Origin: Macrostomum lignano
Taxonomy: Eukaryota
Assembly (NCBI GenBank): GCA_002269645.1
Contig: NIVC01001416.1
Span: 83,197-147,196, forward strand
Reading direction: 5' to 3'
DNA: 64,000 nucleotides
Shown here: positions 1 through 10,850 of the stretch, piece after piece
Layout: the number at the start of each line of letters is the position of its first letter
How positions within the stretch are numbered: the stretch's first letter is position 1
Translations under genes and position numbers: made by a program
Notes under the pieces: generated by a model
Database searches by the model: none
The model's input: the letters and a program-made list of their open reading frames with translations, nothing else
What the model was told of the DNA's origin: nothing

Positions 1-606
1 GTGGGATCTGCACGGGATTCGATCAGTTGAGGAGAGCCTTCAGCAGCGTTTTGTTTTTGTCTTTTTTGCCTTTGCCTCGCTCTACACACGTGGCTGCACT
101 TAAATGTAGGACACAGGCGAAAACGCGGACACTCGGACACGAACGCGTACAGGGAGACGCTTCCCCAGTGCATGTGGTGACTGTCCATGTATAGGCAAAT
201 TCCAATACCTTTTTACCTGTGCGGCTATAATAAGCCCTGGTGCAAAACAATGATGAAAACACGCGCGAATATCACGCGCGACCTCGAATGAGTCTCTCTT
301 TGGACTGAAGTTCCACGAAGCTATATAATTATAAATTATTTATGTGTAGACATTTCTGCCTGGTGCACGCAGCAATTATGAATTGCACCTTTCATTGGCG
401 AACAAGTTCAAGCAGTTCTCTATAGTTAATAAATGCTCATTTTTCTTATTTCGGGTAACAAATTATTGACATTTTGCTAACACCGAGGCTTAACTCATCT
501 CTTGAAAAAAATGAAACCTTCTTAGAGCAGATATTTTATCTATTTATAGTAGCCTAAGATACCGACAGACCATTTTTAGTATATGGATGTGTTATCTTCT
601 TTTACA

Positions 607-1146
607 TCTCCACCTGTCTACTTTATCTACTCTAACGTCTCTACCCTGTCTACTTTATCTACTCTTCCATCTCTACCCTGTCTACTTTATCTACTCTTCC
701 ATTTCTACCCCGTCTACTTTATCTACTCTTCCATCTCTACCGTGTCAACTTTATCTACTCTTCCATCTCTACCGTGTCAACTTTATCTACTCTTCCATCT
801 CTACCCTGTCTACTTTATCTACTCTACCATCTCTACCCTATCTACTTTATCTACTCTTCCATCTCTACCCTGTCTACTTTAGCTACTCTTCCATATCTAC
901 CCTGTCTACTTTATCAACTTTTTCATCTGTACCCTGTCTACTTTATCTACTCTTCCATATCTACCCTATCTACTTTATCTACTCTTCCATCTCTACCCTG
1001 TCTACTTAATCTACTATTCCATCTCTACCCTATCTACTTTATCTACTCTTCCACCTCTACCCTGTTTACTTTAGCTACTCTTCCATCTCTACTTTATCTA
1101 CTTTATCTACTCTTCCATATCTACCCTATCTACTTCATCTACTCTA
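607..1146. repeat. 32-bp minisatellite (ctctaccctgtctactttatctactcttccat)
   Basis: About 17 degenerate units; source of the ORFs at 583-1202. Confidence 0.9.
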
Positions 1147-1523
1147 CACGCTCCGTCGTCACAAAATTCACAAGAAAACACAACACAAAAACATTATTTT
1201 AGGAAGAGAATGCATGGCTCAGCTCATAACCACAGCAACTTGTAGTACAAAACCTAACGTAGAAAATCTGTTAACACGAAAATATTCCCCAGCATCAATC
1301 TTTTTTCTCAGAATTTCATGTTTGATACACCATCATCAAAAGCTGCTCGACCAAGGCGGAACTGTCACTGCCTGAAGCTACATTTTCAGCATTGCAACTT
1401 TCTAAATATGATCCTAGACTCCTTTACAGGAATTTAGAAAAAAATATTTGCTTTTCCTTGGTTTCTTCCGGCGAATTTCCTACTTAAAACAAATCTTTAA
1501 TTGAGTGCACAGTCTAATGAAAT

Positions 1524-1529
1524 TTTATT
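1524..1529 (-). promoter_or_regulatory. Candidate polyadenylation signal of A2
   Basis: AATAAA on the minus strand ~300 nt after the stop; the region is AT-rich, so chance occurrence is possible. Confidence 0.3.
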
Positions 1530-1827
1530 ATTAACGTCAGACTTGAACAAACAACAATTATCAATTATTTTACATAAAAATGGTTTTGGTTATTAGTGAT
1601 GAGATTAAAAGGCTCAGGTATGTTTAGGTTCTTTCATAGAAACTTAGAACAATCATTTAAACAAATAAATCGAAAAAAATGAGTTTGATTTTCTTTAATC
1701 TCTTAAAGAATTTGTGAGTAAAAAGCACGTCAAACTACTTCTAGTGTACACTATCGGACTATATCAGTAGCAATAGACGCTTTTTAAGTTCAAATTTGCA
1801 AAAGCCAACCAGTCACGTGGCTAAGTA

Positions 1828-1963
1828 TTAAGCACCATCCTTTGTGCCGACAACTTCTACATATTCTGAGCTTGTGGGAACAGCTGGTGTCACCACAATG
1901 GCATATTCATGGACACTGGCTCTCGCTGAGCTGCTGCTGGTGTCACCTGATGACTGCTGAGAC
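1828..1963 (-). CDS. A2 terminal exon (cytoplasmic, Tyr motifs HEYAIV and SEYVEV)
   Basis: Acceptor catactgcag|gtctc is phase 2, matching the upstream exon; reads VSQQSSGDT...SEYVEVVGTKDGA to TAA. Confidence 0.75.
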
Positions 1964-4900
1964 CTGCAGTATGATGGAGTGATGGAATGATGGAGAGAGA
2001 GGGGGTCATGTGCTGATGCTGTGATGTGGGTGATTGGGTGATGGGGTGGGTGATTGGGTGGGTGATTTGGTGAGATGGGGTGGGTGATGAGGTGGTTGAT
2101 GGGGTGGGTGATGGGGTGGTTGATGGGGTGGGTGATGGGGTGGTTGATGGGGTGGGTGATGCTGGTAACATACATGTGCGGAGGGTTCTAAACTTTATGA
2201 TATTTTCCAAGAAACCTACTATATAAAGATTATACAGAACTGGACAATGGTCCTTTAGGTGTAAACACAAAACTGTCAAAACTTACACGAGGTTTGAATC
2301 ATTTTTCAACGAGTTTCCTGACCGACGTTCCTTTTGAAGTCCTTGGTTGGACAATCCTTTCGAAATTTTCTCCATGGATGTCGACTGTTGATTCTGGTCG
2401 GTACGTCTGGAAAAGTTTTTGAAAAATGAAACTTTTCGCAATTAAACTGGTTAAATGAAAGCCACAGTTAGCTAAAATCTGGGATTGGTTTCCACAACAG
2501 GTTAAACATGGCCTTCCTCAATGGGATTCCTTGGTGCTTTATTTTTTATCGACTACAAAATAAAATTGATTCATCAAATTTTGCACACTCAAACTAACTA
2601 CTAACGACAGTGGTATCAGGGGGAAGGGCTTGCTTGCTGGCTTCCTCAGGGAATCCCAGTTATGAAAGGCCCCCAGTCAGAGAAATCCCTATCAGGGGAA
2701 CCCATGTCAGGGAAATCCACGTCAGGGGAACCCATATCAGGGGAATCCATGTCAGGGGAATCCCAGTAAGGGAAACCCTAGTTAAGGGAATCCCGGTCAG
2801 GGAAATACCAGTCAGAAGTATCCCAATCAGGGAGGGGGAGTCAGTGAAATCCCAGTTAGGGGAATACCAGTCAGGGGAATCCCAGACAGGGGAATCCCAG
2901 ACAGTGGAAATCCCAGCAGGGAAATTCCGGTCAGGGGAATCCCAGTAAGGGAAATCCCAGTAGGGCGAATCCCAGTCAGGGGATTTCCAGTCAGTGGAAT
3001 CCAATCAAAAGTCACGACAAGCCGTACCTGCTGCGCCTGCGGTGCCACACCCAGCCCAACAGGCCAGCCGCAATCGCCATGGCAACCAGCACCGACACCG
3101 CAACCGCCACCACGATGGTCATCGAGCCGCCGCCTCCGCCTCCGGTTGTGACGAATTTGAGCTGAGCTGGAGTTCCTGTGAGAGTCTGGCTCACGGGAAT
3201 CACCTTCACTGAGTACTCTGAGCCTGGCTGCAGGTGTTCCAGCCTCACTGTGTGTTGGGTGGAGCCGTTGCTAGGGGCGCCAGTCCGCATGGCAACCAGC
3301 GGATTGACAAGAGCGGAGCCGCACTCGGCAGCGAGTTCATTCAGCAGCTCATTGGTGCTGCAGTTGAGCAGCTGGCAGCCAGGAGCTGAGCTTGAGTTCA
3401 GCACCAGCATCTGGGAGCAGCCTGAGGATGAGTTCAGCACCTGGGGAGTTCGGGGAAATTCGCCTGTCTAGTGACTGACATTGGCAGATGCAGTTTCAAG
3501 CTGGATGCAACTTAAGGCTGCTGGAACACCTTGATGGGGCTTTTAGCAGCAGTTTGAGTTCTTAAGTTCTCAAGTTCACTTCTCTGTGCTCTCCATCTTT
3601 TTCTCATTCTCTCCCTCACTCCCTCACTCTCCATCACTCTCCATCACTCCGCATCACTCTCCCCATCACTCTCCCTAACAACTCTGTTATCTGTGGATCT
3701 CTATCGATCTCATCTCCTATAATGCATTTTACCCACCCATCAACCTCATCATAACAAACCATCTCTCCGCGCCTTCCTTTGGATCAGAGAATACGAAGAT
3801 CGGCATAAAAAGCCGAGAAAAAAATTGACAGAGCAAGCCATAAACAATTCAGTTTGTCATGCTAAATGGAACGATAAGCGAGAATAGAAGGCACGATTTG
3901 AGAGCTTTTCACAACAAGACGTATTCATTTTCTTCAGTCTGACCGACTAAAGCTATAATGGCACCGTGGATTTCATTTTTTGCAACATCTCATAAAGTGC
4001 AGAAATAACTCGCTACCAAAAGGAACCATTTGGCGGTAGCCGACATGGTTGAGGATGAGCTCAACTGAAGGTTCCACCTTGCAGCGAAAGAAGCGAAGAT
4101 TCATGAGACGAGGCAGTGGAAAAATATGCAAGCCTCTTCAACATGCAAACTTTTTAGGCAAAATCTGATTGGTTTTCAGCAACGACTTTTTCGGTTAGGA
4201 GCCAGATAATGAGAGGCACAGCGAGAGAGGCAATGCACAGTCAGTCAAGTCCTCCAAAGCTATCATAATCTACCCTGTTATCAACCATTAGCATAGCACT
4301 AAATGTGCACACTCAATTAAAGCGGTTGCTGCATAAGGAATAAAAATAACCCGGATACTGGCATACAGCTCAGATATCAATGCATGCGCACTGCTGCTTT
4401 CTTATCGATTCGCCAACTCCACACAAACAAAATCTGGCCAACCCAGAGCATCGTGCCGACTGTGTGAGAATCTCAACAGAAGGCGAGTCAGGACTGAAAC
4501 TCTGAGTGAGCAAAGGGTCTATGAAAATTCACTAATATCTGCCACTGGGTAACTTTTAGCATAAGTATAATGTGCTTGACAATGCCACTTAGGTCACTGC
4601 ATTGAGTCATCAGTCACTTCCTGTCCATGGGTTCCTCCGCTGTCCCTTCAGTCCCTCCGCTGCACCTTCAGTCCCTCCGCTGTCCCTTCAGTCCCTCCGC
4701 TGTCCCTTCAGTTCCTCCGCTGTCCCTTCAGTCCCTCCGATGTCCCTTCAGTCCCTCCGCTGCCCCTTCAGTCCCTCCGCTGCCCCTTCAGTCCCTCCGC
4801 TGTCCCTTCAGTCCCTCCGCTGTCCCTTCAGTCCCTCCGCTGCCCCTTCAGTCCCTCCGCTGTCCCTTCAGTCCCTCCGCTGTCCCTTCAGTCCCTCCGC

Positions 4901-7900
4901 TGCCCCTTCAGTGCCTCTCATGCCTCGCAATGGAGCTCCCAGTTGCAGGCGGCCTCACCTGCACAGCGAACGCCTGCAGCAGGCCGTTTGGCAGCCGCGG
5001 CTCCTCGAACTCCACCAGCGCCTCCGCCTCCGATGGCGTCGCCCGCAGACCACCGACGGCGCCGCTGCGAGTCTCCGGGCTGCGGAAGGAGGCGGAGGCG
5101 GCGGCACCGGGCCCCGCGAGGTTCACCGGCCACAGCGAGGCGCCGTACTCGGTCCAGGGCAGCAGCGAGCTCGGCGAGGCGCCCTCGGAGCTGACGGCGA
5201 CCTCCGCAGACAGCGAGGCGTCGCCGAACTCGAAGGTCCGCACGAGCACCGGCGCTGAGCAGTCGGCCGTCAGGGCCTCGAGCCGCTGCCGGGCCTCCTC
5301 CGACTGCAGCTGGAGGCGGTGGCGGCCGCAGTCGGAGCAGTTCAGCCGCCGGGCCGCCGCGCAGCCGCCCGGACCGTCCAGTCGCAGCTCGAACTCGAAC
5401 ACGACGCCCCGGCCGAGCTCGGGGCTGAGCGGCTTCCAGCTGAGGCGGACGGGACCGCCAGGGACCGCCAGCGGCTGCAGGCCGCCGGACACCGCGGGCG
5501 CCTCACCGTCGGGCAGCCGCCGCTCCGCCCTGTCACTGCCGCGGCTGCAGCCGCCGCCCGTGCAGGCGCCGACGCGGCAGAAGCCGACGTGGCCCGGCAG
5601 CGGCGGCGGCTCGAGCTGCAGGCGGGTCGTGTCGGCCGCCGCCTCCTTGGCTCCGACGCGAATCTCAGCGCCGTCCGGGAAGCTCAACGAGCCCCAGGCC
5701 ACCGAGTAGTTGCGGATGACGCCGTTCGGCTCGCTGGGAGCCCGCCAGTCGCATAGCAACTGCGATGACGCATCGTCCAGCCTCACCGACTGCGGCTGCG
5801 ACGGCGCGTCCTCCAGCGTTCGAACCTCCGACCTCTGGGGCAGCGAGGCCATGCCTGACAGCTCGGCGACCGCCTCCACCAAGTAGTTGGTGAACGGCCT
5901 CAGCGGCTGCAGAGCCACGGTGCACCTGCCGGAGTCCGGGCGGCAGCTGTTGGTAGCAGCAGCGAAGCTCCCGCTGTCTGCGTGGGCGGCCGCCGTCAGC
6001 AGCTCGGAGCCGGAGCTGGCAGTCAGCGACACCTCGACGGCGCGCCTGTCAGGCAGAAGCGACACCAAAGGGCGGCCGGGCGCTGCGGGACGGCGGCGGG
6101 GAAACCGGGCTCAGAACCAAGACTCACTCAGAACCAAGACTCACTCAGAACCAACACTCACTCAGAACCAACACTCACTCAGAACCAACACTCACTCAGA
6201 ACCAACACTCACTCAGAACCAAGACTCACTCAGAACCAAGACTCACTCAGAACCAAGACTCACTCAGAACCAAGACTCACTCAGAACTAAGACTCACTCA
6301 GAACCAACACTCACTCAGAACCAACACTCACTCAGAACCAACACTCACTCAGAACCAACACTCACTCAGAACCGACACTCACTCAGAACCAACACTCACT
6401 CAGAACCAAGACTCACTCAGAACCAACACTCACTCAGAACCAAGACTCACTCGGAACCAATACTCTCACACAACCAACACTCACTCAGAACCAACACTCA
6501 CTCAGAACCAACACTCACTCAGAACCAACACTCACTCAGAACCGACACTCACTCGGAACCAAGACTCACTCGGAAACAAGACTCACTCAGAACCAACACT
6601 CACTAAGAACCAAGACTCACTCAGAACCAAGACTCACTTAGAACCAACACTCACTCAGAACCAACACTCACTCACAACAAAGACTCTGAGCTGAACTCAC
6701 GCATCTGCAGCTGCTCAGCGATGACGATCTCCGAGCCCTCCTGCCTCAGCCCGGATTTGTTGGCCACGGCAGCCACCGCCACCGTCAGCTTCAGCGAGAG
6801 CAGCTCCGCCTCCGCCAGGCTCAGCAGCAGCCTCATCGAGTTGAACGCAGCCTCCCTCAGCAAGTCGGGCTTCGAGGCGCTGCTCACGCGGAACTGCAGC
6901 AGGTCGGCACCCTTGGCAGCGCTGGACGTCCAGTTGAGCAGCAGCACCGCCTCGGCGGGCTGCGACTCGCTCGGCTGCGACTCCGCGGCAGCGGCTGAGG
7001 GTCGGCTGGCGGGGTCCGCGATGAGCAACGGCCCTGGGGAGGGCGGGGAGATGGGAATTGAGATTGAGCGGAGTGACACTGTGAGCTGAGTGACACTGTG
7101 AGCGGAGTGAAATTGAGATGAGTGACAATGTCACCTGAGTGACACTGTGAGCTGAGTGACACTGTGAGCTGAGTGACACTGTGAGCTGAGCTGAGTGACA
7201 CTGTGAGCTGAGTGACACTGTGAGCTGAGTGACACTGTGAGCTGAGTGACACTGTGAGCTGAGTGACACTGTGAGCTGAGTGACACTGTGAGCTGAGTGA
7301 CACTGTGAGCAGAGTGACACTGTGAGCTGAGTGACACTGTGAGCTGAGTGACACTGTGAGCTGAGTGACACTGTGAGCTGAGTGACACTGTGAGCTGAGT
7401 GACAGCATGGGCTGCAGAGCTAGGAGGCAAGCAAAGAGGTGAAAGTATTTTTTAATGTATTACTAATACGTATTAAATATTGTTGAAGCTCACTGGTCAA
7501 AGCTGTACCATATATGTAAGCCCCGCTTGGAAACCCAGTCTTGACAGGTTTCACTGTGACAGTGACAGAGGCTCCGGATGGCTGGCCTGTGCACACAGCG
7601 GTTGTGTCTGGCACTCTGCCAGCGCAGCTCACTTCATACTCGACTCCGACATCGGGAGAGACCGCCCACCGGGCTCTGAAGCTCGTTTCCGTCACATCCG
7701 AGATGTGCACTGGTCCTGAGATATTGATGAGTGCTGAAATTGTGTTGGGACTTGCTCAACAGATGTTGTGAAGTTTCGCGAGCTGGTTTTGTATTTAAAA
7801 ATCATAAAAATAGTAATGAAGTCCATGAGATTTGCCCTCAGACGAAGTACATGACGAGTTTCGCCCGCAATGCTTTGCTTGCAAAGACTTGCTAAGCCTA

Positions 7901-8666
7901 AAATACTTGCTAAGCATTGGGGGGCAATGCAGACAAAATCTGCCGCGTGTCTAAATGCACTGCAGGAAAAAAGCATTGGGGGTAAACCTCGGCGGGAACA
8001 AACAAGGCGGAAAACTCGCTCGTGGGCAAATGCTTTTCGGGAAAATCTCGGCGGGCAGTTCTTCTGCGTGCTTAATCATTGCTGGTAATAAAATGTGTAA
8101 TACAAACAGAACTCATCGAATAATCAAATTCAGTTCAGTTAGAGAGTGAGAAATGCTATGAATTCATTTAGAAATCCCAGTAGCCAGGTGTGGCAGCCGA
8201 CGGCGCACCTGAGGCTGCGTGCATTCTGCACTGAATGACCCGCACAGTTTTCATTCTCACCTGTCCTTCCAGAAAGATGGAATGCAGGGCTGAGTCTGCA
8301 ATTCCGAAGTCCAGCCTGAATGGAGACGTTGTACTCAGTAGCTCCATTGAGTCCTCGAAATGTGTACGTCTCATCTGTAGTGTTGTGTTGCTGAGTGGGA
8401 CAGCTGGGGCAGTTTACTATGTAAAAGTACCCTGTGATGCCACGGTCTGGTGACTGCCAATCAACTGTTGTTGATGAAATTGTAGTAGAGCGAACAGCAG
8501 CCACTGTCACAGGATCCACCTGACCCGGCACCAGTTTTCCACACGACGTGCCTTGAGCAGCCGCCTCATCGCACAGCAGCAGAGCAGCTGCAGCAGCAAC
8601 CAGAAGCAGCCAATAGAAGCAACTGCAGCGGAAGAGACGTCGGGCTCCAGCAGACACGCAGTGCAT
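1828..8666 (-). CDS. Unit A2: complete 7-exon type I membrane protein (signal peptide, usherin/PTPRQ-like FN3 repeats, TM, ~90 aa cytoplasmic tail), 923 aa
   Basis: Exons 8666-8261, 7733-7494, 7033-6701, 6082-4959, 3440-3028, 2406-2287 and 1963-1828 all have GT/AG boundaries and join in frame (2772 nt, phases 1,1,1,0,2,2). Hydrophobic leader WLLLVAAAAALLLC; FN3 motifs such as WRAPSEPNGVIRNYSV, LQPGSEYSVKV and CRVGACTGGGCS; TM IVVAVAVSVLVAMAIAAGLLGWVW followed by HRRR. Confidence 0.85.
2028..2161. repeat. GGGTGAT-type low-complexity array in the last A2 intron
   Basis: Direct reading. Confidence 0.8.
2287..2406 (-). CDS. A2 cytoplasmic exon (120 nt)
   Basis: cttttccag acceptor, gtaagt donor, open phase 2-2 frame (RTDQNQQSTSMEKISKGLSN...). 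A homologous exon lies at 63507 in unit B. Confidence 0.75.
2660..3000. repeat. 15-bp degenerate array (cagtcaggggaatcc), intron after the TM exon of A2
   Basis: The same family lies in the equivalent B intron at 62430-63025. Confidence 0.85.
3028..3440 (-). CDS. A2 membrane-proximal FN3 half + Gly6 linker + TM exon
   Basis: ORF 3012..3440, ccccag acceptor, ag|gtacgg donor; paralog of 61686-62110. Confidence 0.85.
4637..4915. repeat. 20-bp minisatellite (tgtcccttcagtccctccgc)
   Basis: Paralogous expanded array at 58028-58608. Confidence 0.9.
4959..6082 (-). CDS. A2 large FN3 exon (1124 nt, about 3.5 FN3 repeats)
   Basis: ORF 4908..6068; cccgcag acceptor and cag|gtgagg donor; same length as the B exon 56859-57982. 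Confidence 0.9.
6108..6680. repeat. 17-bp minisatellite (agaaccaacactcactc) filling an A2 intron
   Basis: Paralogous array at 56236-56835. Confidence 0.9.
6701..7033 (-). CDS. A2 divergent FN3-like exon (333 nt)
   Basis: ORF 6672..7079; ccccag acceptor and c|gtgagt donor; same length as the B exon 55878-56210. Confidence 0.8.
7070..7404. repeat. 17-bp minisatellite (gtgacactgtgagctga)
   Basis: Paralogous array at 55512-55845. Confidence 0.9.
7494..7733 (-). CDS. A2 exon 2, short FN3-like (240 nt)
   Basis: HISDVTETSFRARW motif, phase 1-1; paralogs at 25296-25535 and 45738-45977. Confidence 0.85.
8261..8666 (-). CDS. A2 exon 1: signal peptide + first FN3
   Basis: ATG at 8666, hydrophobic leader, SSTTVDWQSP...GLNGATEYNVSIQA, g|gtgaga donor. 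Confidence 0.85.
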
Positions 8667-9392
8667 TTGGCGAGTTTGTGCCAATCTGATTTTATCCAGT
8701 CAAAATTAACGCGGACTTTCGCTTTTGAGAATAAGTAAAACTCTCGCACGCTGAGCCGACCACAGGGCTTAAAGTAAGAAAGCAATTTTTTTCTCGAAAA
8801 GTCGCTATCGCGTGTTTTGCGTCTGCCATGATAAGTAGAGCTTGTGCGCACCTGCTCTTATCTGCCGCAAAGCAGAGCTACCTGGAAAGCCGCTATGAAG
8901 TCATGGATTTGGAGCTAGCTGCTGTGCTTTTGACAAAGTGCAAAGTGCTGGTCAAGTAGCAATTTAAAACACAAGGAGCCTCTACTCAGTAAACCTAATA
9001 GTCTGACTCTTCTCTTTGCTGGCTTTTTTTTCAATCGTGAGGGAATTTCAAAAGGCTTTTTTAGGGTTTTTATGCATTTTTTCTGAATCTTGATCAATAT
9101 TTAATAAAAAGGAACAGAACTGAGGTAGAATTCTGAGATCACTGCATAAGTTTGAATCACAAGTTACCTAAAAAAATTAAGCCCAGTATCAATAATTATT
9201 ATATTTTTTGACAGCGCCTTACAGTGACCCTGCCGAACGAAGACGGATTCTCTCAGTGCGAGGACTTCAGGTAGCTCGACTTCCATGGTGCTGAGTCTTG
9301 ACTCCATTGTCTCCGACAGGAGGTCCCGGACCTGGCGAGCAGCGCACCAGCTCAGCATCATCTTCAAGTCCGTCGCGAGGGGTGACCTGACC

Positions 9393-9776
9393 CAGAAGCG
9401 TCACCATGGATTTTATGGTGGGGCGTAGCCAAGAATTTTACACGTACATGTACACGACTTAATTCTCACATGTAAATTATTTTCAGAATCAGTGTTGTCA
9501 GCACGCATTTTAGCGCCGCAGGCACTCATTTTAGCGCCACAGGCACTTATTTTAGCGCCACAGGCACTCATTTTAGCGCTACAGGCACTCATTTTAGCGC
9601 TACAGGCACTCATTTTAGCGCTACAGGCACTCATTTTAGCGCTACAGGCACTCATTTTAGCGCCACAGGCACTCATTTTAGCGCCACAGGCACTCATTTT
9701 AGCGCCACAGGCACTTATTTTAGCGCCGCAGGCACTCATTTTAGCGCTACAGGCACTCATTTTAGAGCCCCGCCTG
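9393..9776. mobile_element. Diverged relative of the 28.7 kb element with a 21-bp internal array
   Basis: Shares the 5' end cgtc(a/g)ccatggattttatg...tagccaagaattttaca and the ttttagcgccacaggcactca repeat. Confidence 0.6.
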
Positions 9777-10393
9777 AATTGGTTACCAGGGGATTTAGGC
9801 TAACAGGGGAGACGCATTCAGCCGAGTACAGGGACTCTGCTTGGGGCATGATCGGGAACTCTGGGCTCAATCTGGAGGATTTCTCAGCAGGGGATCCTTT
9901 GTGGCTGTGAGCGAGGCTGACTTGCGGCTTTAATTACTAAGAGTAGAGTGAGATGAACATGTACTGTCTATAGTTTAGATTGCTCAGAGCGAAGGGACGC
10001 GTCAGCATGGGGTTGCAACCTTCCTACTGCCATTCTGTGCCAAGACTCGCTAATCCCCTCTACTGCACGCATACTCGGCCCGCAGCACGCGCACACAGCC
10101 GTTAGCTTACCCAAACTTCCTTATGCTTTGCCACCCAGGGAGAAAGGCTTCAGCAAGCCATGAGTGAAATGATGGTGAAAGAGTGAATAATGATGAGGTT
10201 AGTTAATAGTTAATAATTAGGCCCTTAGGCAAATAATTAGGCAATTACGCGGCTTCACTATTGAATAAAGTACAGCAAAAGATACGGTATCACAATCGGC
10301 TCAGCTCTCTAATCAAGCAATGGAAAATAGGCAAACCCCGGATAAGCAAAGGCAATTAGAGCACAAATTAGTAACAGGAACTTACCGGCAGCT

Positions 10394-10399
<6 letters not shown>

Positions 10400-10428
<29 letters not shown>

Positions 10429-10785
10429 CGGAGTGACCGTGGGCGGCTGTTGGCTGTAGACAGGCAGGCTGTAAAGTGGCGATGCGCTAAAGCGACGAGG
10501 CGCTGATGTAGTTTAGGCGATGCTGAAGATGCTTGGCGGTAACAGACCGCGGGCCGGCAGGGGTTCGTCCTATAGACGAATGGGTCAGATCGGTGTCTGA
10601 CAGCGAGTCCACAGTAGGACGAGAAGGGACGCGTAGTAACGCTTCTGAGGATTCTCATTGCCGAAAACCGATTCCTTAAATAGCCTTCCCAGCCGCCGCT
10701 CCAAGGTCGTTTCCATGACTCTCTCTCTCTCTCTCTCTCCGCAGGCGATGGCGCCATCGGCAGGAAGCTCTTGCTGAATACGCCT

Positions 10786-10844
<59 letters not shown>

Positions 10845-10850
10845 TTTGTT
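10400..10850. repeat. Microsatellite cluster (GA)n, (CT)n, (TG)n
   Basis: Direct reading at ~10398-10425, 10718-10738 and 10788-10840. Confidence 0.9.

Noticed and set aside
583-1202. ORFs of 99-142 aa
   Set aside because: Translations of a 32-bp minisatellite.
2609-2620. TGGTATCAG, resembling an LTR primer-binding site
   Set aside because: Only a 9-nt match, with no adjacent LTR or internal domain.
4908-6068. Calling the receptor USH2A or PTPRQ
   Set aside because: FN3 motifs are similar, but there are no laminin EGF/LamG domains and no PTP domain in the complete A2 model; orthology cannot be supported.
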